Part shown: positions 17,544 through 25,632 of the stretch, piece after piece
Layout: each line of letters opens with the position of its first letter
Position numbering within the stretch: the first letter of the stretch is position 1
Source: Dubosiella newyorkensis
GTDB lineage: Bacteria > Bacillota_I > Bacilli_A > Erysipelotrichales > Erysipelotrichaceae
NCBI RefSeq assembly: GCF_001945605.1
Contig: NZ_MPKA01000062.1
Location: 56,936-88,935, forward strand
DNA length: 32,000 bases
Direction: 5' to 3'
Made by a program: the position numbers and the translations under genes
Notes under the pieces: model-generated
What the model was told of the DNA's origin: nothing
Seen by the model: the letters and a program-made list of their open reading frames with translations, nothing else
Databases searched by the model: none

Positions 17544-18935
17544 TTACTCAACTTCCTGCATGCGGTTGGCTAGAAGGACAAACGGTGTCCAAATTCCAAA
17601 GGAGATCGCCAAGTTCAATAAAGCGACTAGAGCGGCCATGAAGCTTCCGCCTGTTGCTAAGAAGGCATAGATACCAACTGGCATTACCCAAGGCACTTGT
17701 ACATAAACTGGAGGGATCATTCCGCTGGCAGTGAACAAGTAAGCGACCAATGTACATACTGGAGGTACGATCAACCAAGGAATCAAGTAGATTGGATTCA
17801 ATACGATTGGCAGACCGAAGATGATTGGTTCGTTGATGTTGAAGACACCCATTGGAGCGGCCAATTTACCAACTTCACGTATATCTTTCCGTTTCGAGAA
17901 GATCAAGATGGCGATCAATAGACCAAGAGTCACACCAGAACCACCCATTTGAGCGTAAGCGTCCAACGAACCACGAGTCCAGATATATGGCATTCCGCCA
18001 GTTGTACGATGTTCTTCAAAGTAAGCTAAGTTTTCAAGAAGCGCTGGCGTGTAGACACCTTCGATAAATGGCGCCATGACGTTGGATCCATGCAGACCAA
18101 AGAACCACAGCAATTGAACCAAGAACGATACTAAGATCGCGCTGAACATATTTTGTGAAAGTCCCATCAAAGGCGCTTGGACGAATTTTTGGATCAACTC
18201 GTTTGGATACATGCCGGCAAATGCCACGCAGCATTGAGTCACGATACCAAACACATAAATCGCGATACATCCTGGAATGATAGCCGCAAACGCGTTACCA
18301 ACTGCTGGAGGCACGTTTTCAGGCATTTTGATCGTGATATTGGCGAGCATGAGTTTTACATAGATCATGCTGGATAGAAGACCTACGATCAAAGCGGTGA
18401 ACAATCCACCAGCTCCCGTATAGGCGCTTCCCATATATCCCCATCCAGATACGGCGATATTGACAGCGTCTCCATTCGCTACCGCGTCAACGCCTAAAGC
18501 TTGAAGAGCGGAAAGATCGGACGCGCTCACGTTTGCGAGCGTGAAATCAAAAGCGGCGCTTTGGTTCATGCAAGTCACAACAGCCGAGAAAGCGATAACG
18601 CCTCCGGCAATCGGGTTCACATTATATGTTTTAGCGATTTGATACCCTAGCGCGAAAGAGAAAGCAAGAGACAAGATCACGATCGATCCAAAGTAAACGT
18701 TTCCGTTCACATTGATCAGTGGTGTCATCGCTTGTACAAAAGAGTTCCCGTCTCCAAACCAGGAGTTTGGAAGGTCACGGAAGAATACGTTCAATAAGAC
18801 GGCGATACTACCCACCATCGTAATTGGCATGATCGAGATGAACGCATCACGGATCGCCACTAAGTGTTTTTGGTTACCGATGCGAGCGGCGACTGGCATG
18901 AAGTGTTCTTCCATCCAATTCAAAAAACCATTCAT
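17544..18935 (-). CDS. PTS EIIC component, lactose/cellobiose (type 3) family
   Basis: 'MNGFLNWMEEHFMPVAARIGNQKHLVAIRDAFISIMPITMVGS' is the typical N-terminus of PTS_EIIC type-3 permeases, followed by about 10 TM. Start is at ATG 18935 after AAAGGA. The ORF-track start at 18959 is a TTG. Confidence 0.9.
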   Translation of the reverse strand: MNGFLNWMEEHFMPVAARIGNQKHLVAIRDAFISIMPITMVGSIAVLLNVFFRDLPNSWFGDGNSFVQAMTPLINVNGNVYFGSIVILSLAFSFALGYQIAKTYNVNPIAGGVIAFSAVVTCMNQSAAFDFTLANVSASDLSALQALGVDAVANGDAVNIAVSGWGYMGSAYTGAGGLFTALIVGLLSSMIYVKLMLANITIKMPENVPPAVGNAFAAIIPGCIAIYVFGIVTQCCVAFAGMYPNELIQKFVQAPLMGLSQNMFSAILVSFLVQLLWFFGLHGSNVMAPFIEGVYTPALLENLAYFEEHRTTGGMPYIWTRGSLDAYAQMGGSGVTLGLLIAILIFSKRKDIREVGKLAAPMGVFNINEPIIFGLPIVLNPIYLIPWLIVPPVCTLVAYLFTASGMIPPVYVQVPWVMPVGIYAFLATGGSFMAALVALLNLAISFGIWTPFVLLANRMQEVE

Positions 18936-18966
18936 AGTAAGATAATTCCTTTCTGCCAAGTTCGTT

Positions 18967-18983
18967 CTTGGTCTATACCACTG
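18967..18983 (-). promoter_or_regulatory. Candidate GntR/HutC operator (dre-like palindrome TGGTCTATACCA)
   Basis: cTTGGTCTATACCActg. The core at 18969-18980 has palindromic outer arms (TGGT / ACCA) with a non-symmetric centre (CTAT). It resembles the TGGTNTANACCA sites of DasR/NagR-type regulators. It lies 3-14 nt downstream of the predicted -10. Confidence 0.55.
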
Positions 18984-19011
18984 TTATACTGTGTAAACGC
19001 TTTCTTGTCAA
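18983..19011 (-). promoter_or_regulatory. Sigma-A-type promoter of the PTS operon
   Basis: Minus strand: TTGACA (19011-19006), a 17-nt spacer, then TATAAC (18988-18983). It lies about 50 nt upstream of the EIIC start codon. Confidence 0.65.
18992..19005. promoter_or_regulatory. cre-like catabolite-responsive element (CcpA site) within the promoter spacer
   Basis: TGTAAACGCTTTCT fits TGNAANCGNWNNCW at all defined positions. Confidence 0.55.
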
Positions 19012-19157
19012 CACCTTTTCCATATTTGTGCCATTTTTTCGTTGTATATTTTATTTTTTGGAAAAGCGTAGGATAATTGTGGTTTTTTAATGGTATCTTC
19101 ATTGAAACACGTTTTTTACGGAAGGCAACTCATTTGATTTTTAGACCAATTTGGCTT

Positions 19158-19181
19158 AAAAAAAGACCAATTTTGGTCTTG
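19158..19181 (-). terminator. Terminator of the ROK kinase gene
   Basis: aagaccaa/ttggtctt inverted repeat. On the minus strand it is followed by T7 (19158-19164). Confidence 0.6.
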
Positions 19182-19187
19182 GTCTTT

Positions 19188-20090
19188 TTAGTGGCTCACG
19201 CTTTGTTGGGCGAGCATGGCGGCTCCAACAATGCCTGGTTCTTCGAGCTGTGCTTCTTCTATGCGGATATCGCGCATCGCATCGAAGATCTTGGCGTGGA
19301 ACTTTTGATCCAACGCTTCTAGGAAGACGTCTTTTCCTTTCATGACACCTCCTCCTAGGATGATGATGCTTGGATCGATCACAAGGGCGATGGTCGACAA
19401 TAAGGTCGAGAGATGGTCTGTCATTTGCTCAACGATTTCTTGGGCTTCTTTTTGGTTTTGCTTGGCTAGATCGAATACGTTTCCGGCATGCTCGATTTGT
19501 TGGCCAAGCTTTTCTTTTCCAATTCTTATGATGGCTGTCCCGCTTCCCAAGGCTTCGGCGGCTCCTGCATTCATGATGCCGATCGCTTCATAATGCGGGT
19601 CGACGATCACATTGCCAACTTCTCCGGCAAAGCCGTGGAATCCGCTCAATAATTTTTGGTCAATGACGGCGGCTCCTCCAATTCCAGTCGAGATAGAGAT
19701 GTAGTAGACGATCGCGTGTTCTTTTCCTGCGCCAGAGATCGCTTCTCCATAGGCGGCCGCTTTCACGTCGTTGGCTAGGATGACGGGTTTGCCTAGATCT
19801 TGTTCGAGTTGTTTTTTTAATGGATAATCGATAAGTTTTGGTAAGTTGTTGGCGGCGGTAATGATGCCTTTTTCTTGATCGATCAAGCCTGGGACGACGA
19901 TTCCGATCGCGTTGGCTTGTTCATAATTGTCTAGTTGCTTGATCAAGCTTTCGATCTTGTCGACGATCGCTTGCGCTCCTTTTTCTGGATTTGAGGATCC
20001 TTTTACTATGGAGAGAATCGTTCCGTTTTCGTCGACGAGCGCGCAGCGGACGTTGGTTCCGCCTAAATCGACACTAATATTCGTTTGCAT
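19188..20090 (-). CDS. ROK-family sugar kinase (glucokinase-like) lacking the CxCGxxGC zinc motif
   Basis: 'VDLGGTNVRCALVDENG', 'GIVVPGLID', 'NDVKAAAYGE', 'STGIGGAAVIDQKLLSGFHGFAGEVGN'. The region where the ROK cysteine motif normally sits ('DPHYEAIGIMNAGAAEALGSG') contains no Cys. Confidence 0.85.
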   Translation of the reverse strand: MQTNISVDLGGTNVRCALVDENGTILSIVKGSSNPEKGAQAIVDKIESLIKQLDNYEQANAIGIVVPGLIDQEKGIITAANNLPKLIDYPLKKQLEQDLGKPVILANDVKAAAYGEAISGAGKEHAIVYYISISTGIGGAAVIDQKLLSGFHGFAGEVGNVIVDPHYEAIGIMNAGAAEALGSGTAIIRIGKEKLGQQIEHAGNVFDLAKQNQKEAQEIVEQMTDHLSTLLSTIALVIDPSIIILGGGVMKGKDVFLEALDQKFHAKIFDAMRDIRIEEAQLEEPGIVGAAMLAQQSVSH

Positions 20091-20125
20091 AGTTTCTTCC
20101 TCGCTTTTTCTTCATTGTATCATTA

Positions 20126-20158
20126 AAAAGCAAAAATAAAACCTCCAAGCGGAGGTTT
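20126..20158 (-). terminator. Rho-independent terminator of pfkA-pyk
   Basis: 8-bp stem aaacctcc / ggaggttt with a 4-nt loop. On the minus strand it is followed by TaTTTTTgcTTTTT. Confidence 0.75.
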
Positions 20159-20170
20159 GGTCTAGACAAA

Positions 20171-21586
20171 TTAGATTTGTACGATTTTCATCATGTTCGT
20201 GTTGCCAGATCCTACTGGATAGCCGGCTACGACGATAATATAGTCGCCTTTGTTGAAGCCATGAACTTGTGCGATCGTACGCGCTAAGTTGACATCGTTT
20301 TCTTGCGTGTTTTGCGTTGAAGAAAAGTATGGAACGACTCCAAAGACTGGCAAGATCGCGCGTTGTGTAGCGCGGTCAAAACATACAGCGATGATTGGCG
20401 CTTCTGGACGGAATTTCGCCAAACGTCGGGCTGTATTTCCCGATTGCGTGAACGCCACGATACATTTGACATCGATCGCTAGCGATGTATCGGCTACCGA
20501 GATCGCGATCGCGTCGTTCATCGTGCGGCGGCTCGATTTGATTCCCGATTTCAAACGTTGTTTATATGGGATCATCGGCTCGATCGCGTAGGCGATCTTA
20601 GTCATCGTATGTACAGCTTCGACTGGATAGTGGCCGGCTGCTGTTTCGCCTGAACACATGATGGCATCTGTTCCATCCATGATGGCGTTGGCGACGTCGC
20701 TTGCTTCTGCGCGCGTAGGGCGTGGATTTTCTTGCATGCTTTCTAGCATATGAGTCGCTGTGATGACTGGTTTTCCCATTTCGTTGGCGATCTTGATCAT
20801 TTGTTTTTGATAGATCGGCACATATTCAAGAGACACGTTGACACCTAGATCTCCACGAGCGACCATGACTCCGTCGCTGACTTCCAAAATATCGCGGAGG
20901 TTGTCGAAGCCTTCTTGGTTTTCGATCTTCGGAATGATTTGGATGTTGTCGCGGTTCTCATCGATCAAGATCTTGCGGATCGCGAGGACATCTTCTCTGC
21001 GACGAACAAAGCTTGCGGCGATATAATCGACATCGTTTTGAGCGCCAAAGCGGATATCGGCTTCATCTTTTTCGGAGATGAATGGCATACTTAAAATAAT
21101 GCCTGGCAAATTGCATCCTTTGCGGCTCTTCAAAAAATGTGGGTTGGCCACGGTTCCGACGATCTTCTTGCCTGTTTCGACTTCTGTGATGTTGACACGC
21201 ATTTTTCCATCGTCCATTAAAATATAGTCGCCAGGTTTTACGTCGTTGAACACTTCTGGGCAGCGAAGGGTGAATTTTTCTTTCGTTCCTTCCACTTCTT
21301 CCGGGACGATCGTGACTGTGTCGCCTTCAACAAAATCAACGCCGCCATCTTTGAAATCGCCTAAACGAATTTCTGGTCCTTTTGTATCTAAGAGAATGCC
21401 GATCGGTGTTTGCAGTTCTTTCGAGACTTGGCGGATGAGCTTGATCCGGTTCCCTTGTTCTTCATAGTTTCCATGAGAGAAGTTTAATCGCGCGATGTTC
21501 ATTCCTTCTTTGACAAGCTGTACGAGCGTATCATGGTTTTCGCTCGCTGGCCCTAATGTACAAACGATTTTTGTCTTTTTTTCCAT
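20171..21586 (-). CDS. pyk: Pyruvate kinase
   Basis: 'KTKIVCTLGPAS', 'NIARLNFSHG', 'IIPKIENQEG', 'MVARGDLGV', 'VITATHMLESM'. Start is at ATG 21586 with AAAGGA 5 nt upstream. Confidence 0.95.
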   Translation of the reverse strand: MEKKTKIVCTLGPASENHDTLVQLVKEGMNIARLNFSHGNYEEQGNRIKLIRQVSKELQTPIGILLDTKGPEIRLGDFKDGGVDFVEGDTVTIVPEEVEGTKEKFTLRCPEVFNDVKPGDYILMDDGKMRVNITEVETGKKIVGTVANPHFLKSRKGCNLPGIILSMPFISEKDEADIRFGAQNDVDYIAASFVRRREDVLAIRKILIDENRDNIQIIPKIENQEGFDNLRDILEVSDGVMVARGDLGVNVSLEYVPIYQKQMIKIANEMGKPVITATHMLESMQENPRPTRAEASDVANAIMDGTDAIMCSGETAAGHYPVEAVHTMTKIAYAIEPMIPYKQRLKSGIKSSRRTMNDAIAISVADTSLAIDVKCIVAFTQSGNTARRLAKFRPEAPIIAVCFDRATQRAILPVFGVVPYFSSTQNTQENDVNLARTIAQVHGFNKGDYIIVVAGYPVGSGNTNMMKIVQI

Positions 21587-21632
21587 ATACATCCTTTCTT
21601 CAAATATACCTTCCTAAAAACTTAAGCCTATT

Positions 21633-22595
21633 TTATCCTAATCGTTCAAACAGATTTGTCAATGGTTTTCTTGACATTGCTGGCATAACGAGCGCTTCTT
21701 CGATCGGATAGGCCACAATTTTATTTTCACGGATCGCGACACACTGTCCGCCAATGCCTTGCATCAGTAGATCGACGGCTTTTTCACCCATTTGAGAAGC
21801 GAGCATACGGTCGAAAGGACATGGGGAGCCTCCTCGTTGGATATGGCCGAGGACGGTCGCTCTTCCGGAGAAGCCGGTGTTCAAGGAGATCTTCTTGGCG
21901 AATTGATGTACGTCGGTGATCTTCTCGCTCATGACGATAATGGCATGTTTTTTCTTGCGAATCAAATCTAAGTCTCTAAGACGGTCCAAAATTTCGTTTT
22001 CGTCAAATCCGGTTTCGCTGGTGACGACGATTTCAGCGCCGCAAGCGATGCCTGCCCATAAGGCGAGGTCTCCGCATCGGTTTCCCATTACTTCGACGAT
22101 CGAGCAGCGGTGGTGCGAATTCGATGTGTCCCTGAGCTTATCGATCGCATCGACGATCGTCTCTAACGCGGTTTGAAAGCCGATCGTAAAATCGGTGCAG
22201 GTAATGTCGTTATCGATCGTGCCTGGAAGGCCGATGCAGTTGATGCCCATTTCGGTAAGCGAAAGAGCGCCTCGATAGGAGCCATCTCCTCCGATGACGA
22301 CTACCGCTTCAATGCCGCGCTTTTGCAGCTGGCGGATCGCTTTTTGGCGGACTTCGATATCTTTAAATTCAGGAAGTCTGGCCGATCCTAAAATCGTTCC
22401 GCCTCGATTGACGATCTCGCTGACATCTTCGCTTGTCAATGGTTCGATATAGCCTTCGACCATGCCTTTGTATCCATTATAAATACCAAAGACTTCAAGT
22501 CCAGCGTTGAGGCCGACGCGTGTGACAGCGCGAATGGCGGCGTTCATGCCTGGGGAATCGCCTCCGGATGTCAAGATACCAATTCTTTTAATCAT
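21633..22595 (-). CDS. pfkA: ATP-dependent 6-phosphofructokinase
   Basis: 'IGILTSGGDSPGMNAAIRAV', 'VVIGGDGSYRGA', 'GLPGTIDNDI', 'EVMGNRCGDLAL', 'TVLGHIQRGG'. Start is at ATG 22595 after GGAGG. The gene lies 46 nt upstream of pyk with no terminator between them. Confidence 0.95.
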   Translation of the reverse strand: MIKRIGILTSGGDSPGMNAAIRAVTRVGLNAGLEVFGIYNGYKGMVEGYIEPLTSEDVSEIVNRGGTILGSARLPEFKDIEVRQKAIRQLQKRGIEAVVVIGGDGSYRGALSLTEMGINCIGLPGTIDNDITCTDFTIGFQTALETIVDAIDKLRDTSNSHHRCSIVEVMGNRCGDLALWAGIACGAEIVVTSETGFDENEILDRLRDLDLIRKKKHAIIVMSEKITDVHQFAKKISLNTGFSGRATVLGHIQRGGSPCPFDRMLASQMGEKAVDLLMQGIGGQCVAIRENKIVAYPIEEALVMPAMSRKPLTNLFERLG

Positions 22596-22757
22596 AAGTA
22601 TAACCTCCATCCCTTATTTAGGTCGTTATTCTCCTTAACTATACCACAGTTCGATCGTTTTTCGATATGGTACGAACGCTTCTTTTCTTGGAAGCATCTA
22701 GATAGACTTCCTTATTTTGGCACCCTACTATTGAATTATATTAAGGAGGTCATTATC

Positions 22758-23189
22758 ATGGTCAATTCAATGTATTGGATATTAGGTATCGTTTGGTATT
22801 TGCTCGTCGTGATCGGCGCTTGGAAGATGTTCGAGAAGGCGGGCGAAGCTGGATGGAAGGCGATCATTCCGATCTATAATATGTATATTGTCTTCAAATT
22901 TGCTTGGCAGACGATGTATTTTTGGGTTTGGATTGGTTTGGCGATCGTGGGGGCTTGGTTCACGTACGCTTCGTTTGGAGATTCTGTCGGGTTCATGTAT
23001 TACGCTTCGTGGATCATCAATTTCGTGCAGCTTTTGATTGCATGCAACTTGGCGTTTCGTGTCAGCGGATGTTTTGGACATGGGATCTGGTTCGCGCTTG
23101 GTTTATATTTTTTCCCATTCATTTTTACGATCGTTCTTGGATTTGGTTCTTCTCGGTATGTAGGAGAATACAATTCATTTACCGCGTAA
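22758..23189 (+). CDS. DUF5684-like small membrane protein
   Basis: 'LLVVIGAWKMFEKAGEAGWKAIIPIYNMYIVFKFAW' is the typical DUF5684 motif. About 4 TM. Start is at ATG 22758 after AAGGAGG. Confidence 0.65.
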   Translation: MVNSMYWILGIVWYLLVVIGAWKMFEKAGEAGWKAIIPIYNMYIVFKFAWQTMYFWVWIGLAIVGAWFTYASFGDSVGFMYYASWIINFVQLLIACNLAFRVSGCFGHGIWFALGLYFFPFIFTIVLGFGSSRYVGEYNSFTA

Positions 23190-23194
23190 AGGAA

Positions 23195-23238
23195 AAGGAC
23201 ATTCGAGTGTTTGATCTCGGATGTCCTTTCTTTTGTGT
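23195..23238. terminator. Bidirectional terminator between convergent genes
   Basis: Stem aaggacat (23195-23202) / atgtcctt (23221-23228) with inner tcgag/ctcgg pairing. It is followed by TcTTTTgTgTTT. Confidence 0.6.
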
Positions 23239-23829
23239 TTAGAGGCATTCTTGGATATATTTGGCGAGGCCAGGAATGACTTCTTTGATTTCGATATGGG
23301 TCGTGTTGAGACAAAGGTCGTAATTTTCTTTTTCTCCCCATTTGGTGGGCGCGATCATTTCATGGATCTTTTTGCGGTTTTTGTCGACGTCTTTGATCTT
23401 ACGGACGAGTTCCTTATCGGTGAGTTTTTCTTCTTCCGGTCCTTTGAGGCGGCATCGTTTGACTTTGGCTTCCATGCTCGCGTAGACAAAGATCGAGAAT
23501 GGGTGTTGGTCGGCCAAGATTTCGGCGCATCCATGGCCTACGATGACGCAGTCGCCTTTTTTGGCGAGTTCTTGAATGATCTTTTGTTGCGAGACAAGGA
23601 TGTCGATTTGTTGCTGATTGTAGAATGTATGGCCGAATTGATTGGCGACAAGCGTGATAGCTCGTTCGGAGACTTCGTTGACGAAGTTTTCATTCATGCC
23701 TGTTTGTTTGCAGATTTCTTTGATGATTTCTTGGTCGTAATAGGCGAAATCCAGCTCTTCGGACAATCGTTTTCCGATTTCTCTTCCTCCGCTTCCAAAT
23801 TCTCTAGAGATAGTGATGATTTTTGGCAT
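23239..23829 (-). CDS. Cytidylate-kinase-like family protein (P-loop NTPase)
   Basis: 'KIITISREFGSGGREIGKRLSEELDFAYYDQEII' is typical of the Cytidylate_kin2 family. The start overlaps the bcp stop (TAATG). Confidence 0.8.
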   Translation of the reverse strand: MPKIITISREFGSGGREIGKRLSEELDFAYYDQEIIKEICKQTGMNENFVNEVSERAITLVANQFGHTFYNQQQIDILVSQQKIIQELAKKGDCVIVGHGCAEILADQHPFSIFVYASMEAKVKRCRLKGPEEEKLTDKELVRKIKDVDKNRKKIHEMIAPTKWGEKENYDLCLNTTHIEIKEVIPGLAKYIQECL

Positions 23830-24290
23830 TAGAGATCCTCCACAAGTTTGAGCATTTGTTCTGGATTTTGTTGGGGTTTTACTTTTTCGAGCGCTTTTTC
23901 GATATTCCCTTCTTCATCGATCAAATACGTGCTTCGCACGATTCCGATATATTTTTTGCCATACATGCTCTTTTCTTTCCATACGTCGTATTGCTCGATG
24001 ACTTTATGCTCGGGATCGGATAAGAGTTCGAAAGGCAGCTGATATTTTTCTTGGAATTTTTTATGAGACGCGACCGAGTCTTTCGAGACACCTAAAACGA
24101 TGGCGTCTTTTTCCATGAAGTCTGGATAGAGTTCTTTGAAGGCGCATGCTTGCTTGGTGCATCCGCTCGTGTTGTCTTTGGGATAAAAATATAAGATGAC
24201 TTTTTTCCCTTTGAAATCGGAAAGGGATACGTCCTTTCCGTCTTGGTCTTGTAATGTAAAGTCTGGGGCTTTGGTTCCTACTTCTAACAT
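23829..24290 (-). CDS. bcp: Thiol peroxidase / peroxiredoxin Bcp
   Basis: 'APDFTLQDQDGKDVSLSDFKGKKVILYFYPKDNTSGCTKQACAF' carries the peroxidatic Cys in the TxxC context. Confidence 0.9.
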   Translation of the reverse strand: MLEVGTKAPDFTLQDQDGKDVSLSDFKGKKVILYFYPKDNTSGCTKQACAFKELYPDFMEKDAIVLGVSKDSVASHKKFQEKYQLPFELLSDPEHKVIEQYDVWKEKSMYGKKYIGIVRSTYLIDEEGNIEKALEKVKPQQNPEQMLKLVEDL

Positions 24291-24398
24291 AGTATTACTC
24301 CTTTTTTAAATAGTACCATGCTTAAAAGAAAAAGATAAAGAAAAGGATTGAAAAGTCTTTCATTTCACTACATAAATGTCAAAAAGGGATTGGTTTTT

Positions 24399-24930
24399 CA
24401 ATTTTCATTGCATTGTCGCTTTGATTTTGTTTATGGTTTCTTCAGATACATTCAATGCGCGCATGATCGTTTTGGCATCGAATTTTTCTTTCAGCATATG
24501 AAAGATCATGTTTATTTTTTCTTCTTCTCTTCCTTCTTCTCTTCCTTTTTCTATTCCTTTTTCTATTCCTTTATTCTCTGCTTTCATCATCAAGTTCTGA
24601 AGTTTTGCATTCACCTGCACCTTGTTTTCCTCCTACACTTTATTTCTGTATTACATACTTTATTGTTCATACAATAAAGAGAAGCCTTTCTAAATCGGTC
24701 AAGATCGGACTTCTCTTTTTTTCTTATTTCATCGTCGCTTTGATTTTGTTTATGGTTTCTTCAGATACATTCAATGCGCGCATGATCGTTTTGACATCGA
24801 ATTTTTCTTTCAGCATATGAAAGATCATGTTTGTTTTTTCTTCTTCTCTTCCTTTTTCTATTCCTTTATTCTCTGCTTTCATCATCAAGTTCTGAAGATT
24901 CATGTTCAACTGCATATTTCCTTCCTCCTC
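24399..24930 (-). repeat. Tandem segmental duplication (period about 319 bp) of the rpn 3' end
   Basis: 24405-24640 and 24724-24930 align at nucleotide level with few substitutions. The promoter-distal copy carries an extra ccttcttctcttcctttttctattcc-type micro-duplication. Confidence 0.85.
24405..24620 (-). pseudogene. Duplicated 3' fragment of the Rpn-like gene (last ~63 codons plus an internal 8-codon expansion)
   Basis: The GTG-initiated 71-aa ORF 'MQVNAKLQNLMMKAENKGIEKGIEKGREEGREEEKINMIFHMLKEKFDAKTIMRALNVSEETINKIKATMQ' is near-identical to the C-terminus of the 24724..25524 product. Confidence 0.7.
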
Positions 24931-25524
24931 TTCTTTTAGATATTCCGCTCTTTCTTTCAGCACTTCATACTTCATCGTTTCCGGATCGGATGCTTTGATA
25001 TCGTTCATGAGGTCTTTCAATCTCCAATCTCCTTCATAATCGGCATTGAGAATGAGTAGATGCTGTCCATCATTCAGCTCGTTTCCATCTTCGTCTTTCA
25101 TCGTATAGTGATACATCGGCTTATGTTTTTTGATCGGATCGCCTGCGCAAATAAAGATCACATACGCTTCATGCAGCGTATCATACTCTTCGCCTCTTCG
25201 GATCATGTTTTGATCGATGTTTCCTAAATAGTATCGTCCTCTTTTTGGGATATTCTCGTTAGGAAGAAACTGGAATTCCACATCGTATTGATTTCCTTCT
25301 CCATCTTCCGCGAAAACATCGAGCCGAGATGTTTTGGAAGTCATGCTCACCATCACATCTTGAATATGAACGCTTTTGACAACAAGATCGGATCGGTCGA
25401 GGATCTTTCTCAAAATAAACTGGATCCCTTCAGGAAAATCTTTAAAAAAACAATTCATATAGACGTCGTCGAACAACGAAAAATCTTTGATGATTTGTAA
25501 AAATTCTGCAGCAATACGAGCCAT
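24724..25524 (-). CDS. Rpn-family recombination-promoting nuclease / PD-(D/E)XK 'putative transposase'
   Basis: 266 aa. 'RLDVFAEDGEGNQYDVEFQ' is a PD-(D/E)XK-type core (D...E-x-Q/K). 'KRGRYYLGNID' and the charged 'GIEKGREEE' tail plus a helical C-terminus are typical of this Firmicutes family. Confidence 0.75.
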   Translation of the reverse strand: MARIAAEFLQIIKDFSLFDDVYMNCFFKDFPEGIQFILRKILDRSDLVVKSVHIQDVMVSMTSKTSRLDVFAEDGEGNQYDVEFQFLPNENIPKRGRYYLGNIDQNMIRRGEEYDTLHEAYVIFICAGDPIKKHKPMYHYTMKDEDGNELNDGQHLLILNADYEGDWRLKDLMNDIKASDPETMKYEVLKERAEYLKEEEEGNMQLNMNLQNLMMKAENKGIEKGREEEKTNMIFHMLKEKFDVKTIMRALNVSEETINKIKATMK

Positions 25525-25571
25525 AACGCGATCCCCTTTTCTATCTTCATTTTATAATACGAGTTACTTTT

Positions 25572-25624
25572 TGACAAAAGAAAAGAGAAGTCTTGCGGGA
25601 GTGGTTCGTGCAGACTTCTCTTTT
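25572..25624 (-). terminator. Strong terminator of the adhesin-sortase gene
   Basis: About 15-bp stem aaaagagaagtct(t)gc / gcagacttctctttt (25581-25624). On the minus strand it is followed by a T-rich tract. Confidence 0.75.
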
Positions 25625-25632
25625 GAGGTGTT

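Noticed and set aside
23221-23832. A 203-aa + strand ORF exactly antisense to the cytidylate-kinase-like gene
   Set aside because: The D/F-rich translation has no motifs. The minus-strand product has a clear P-loop family signature and is translationally coupled to bcp.
24399-24930. Regularly spaced repeats that could superficially suggest a CRISPR-like array
   Set aside because: There are only two copies of a ~200-bp unit with a 319-bp period. They are coding-sequence duplicates of the rpn 3' end, not short repeats separated by unique spacers.
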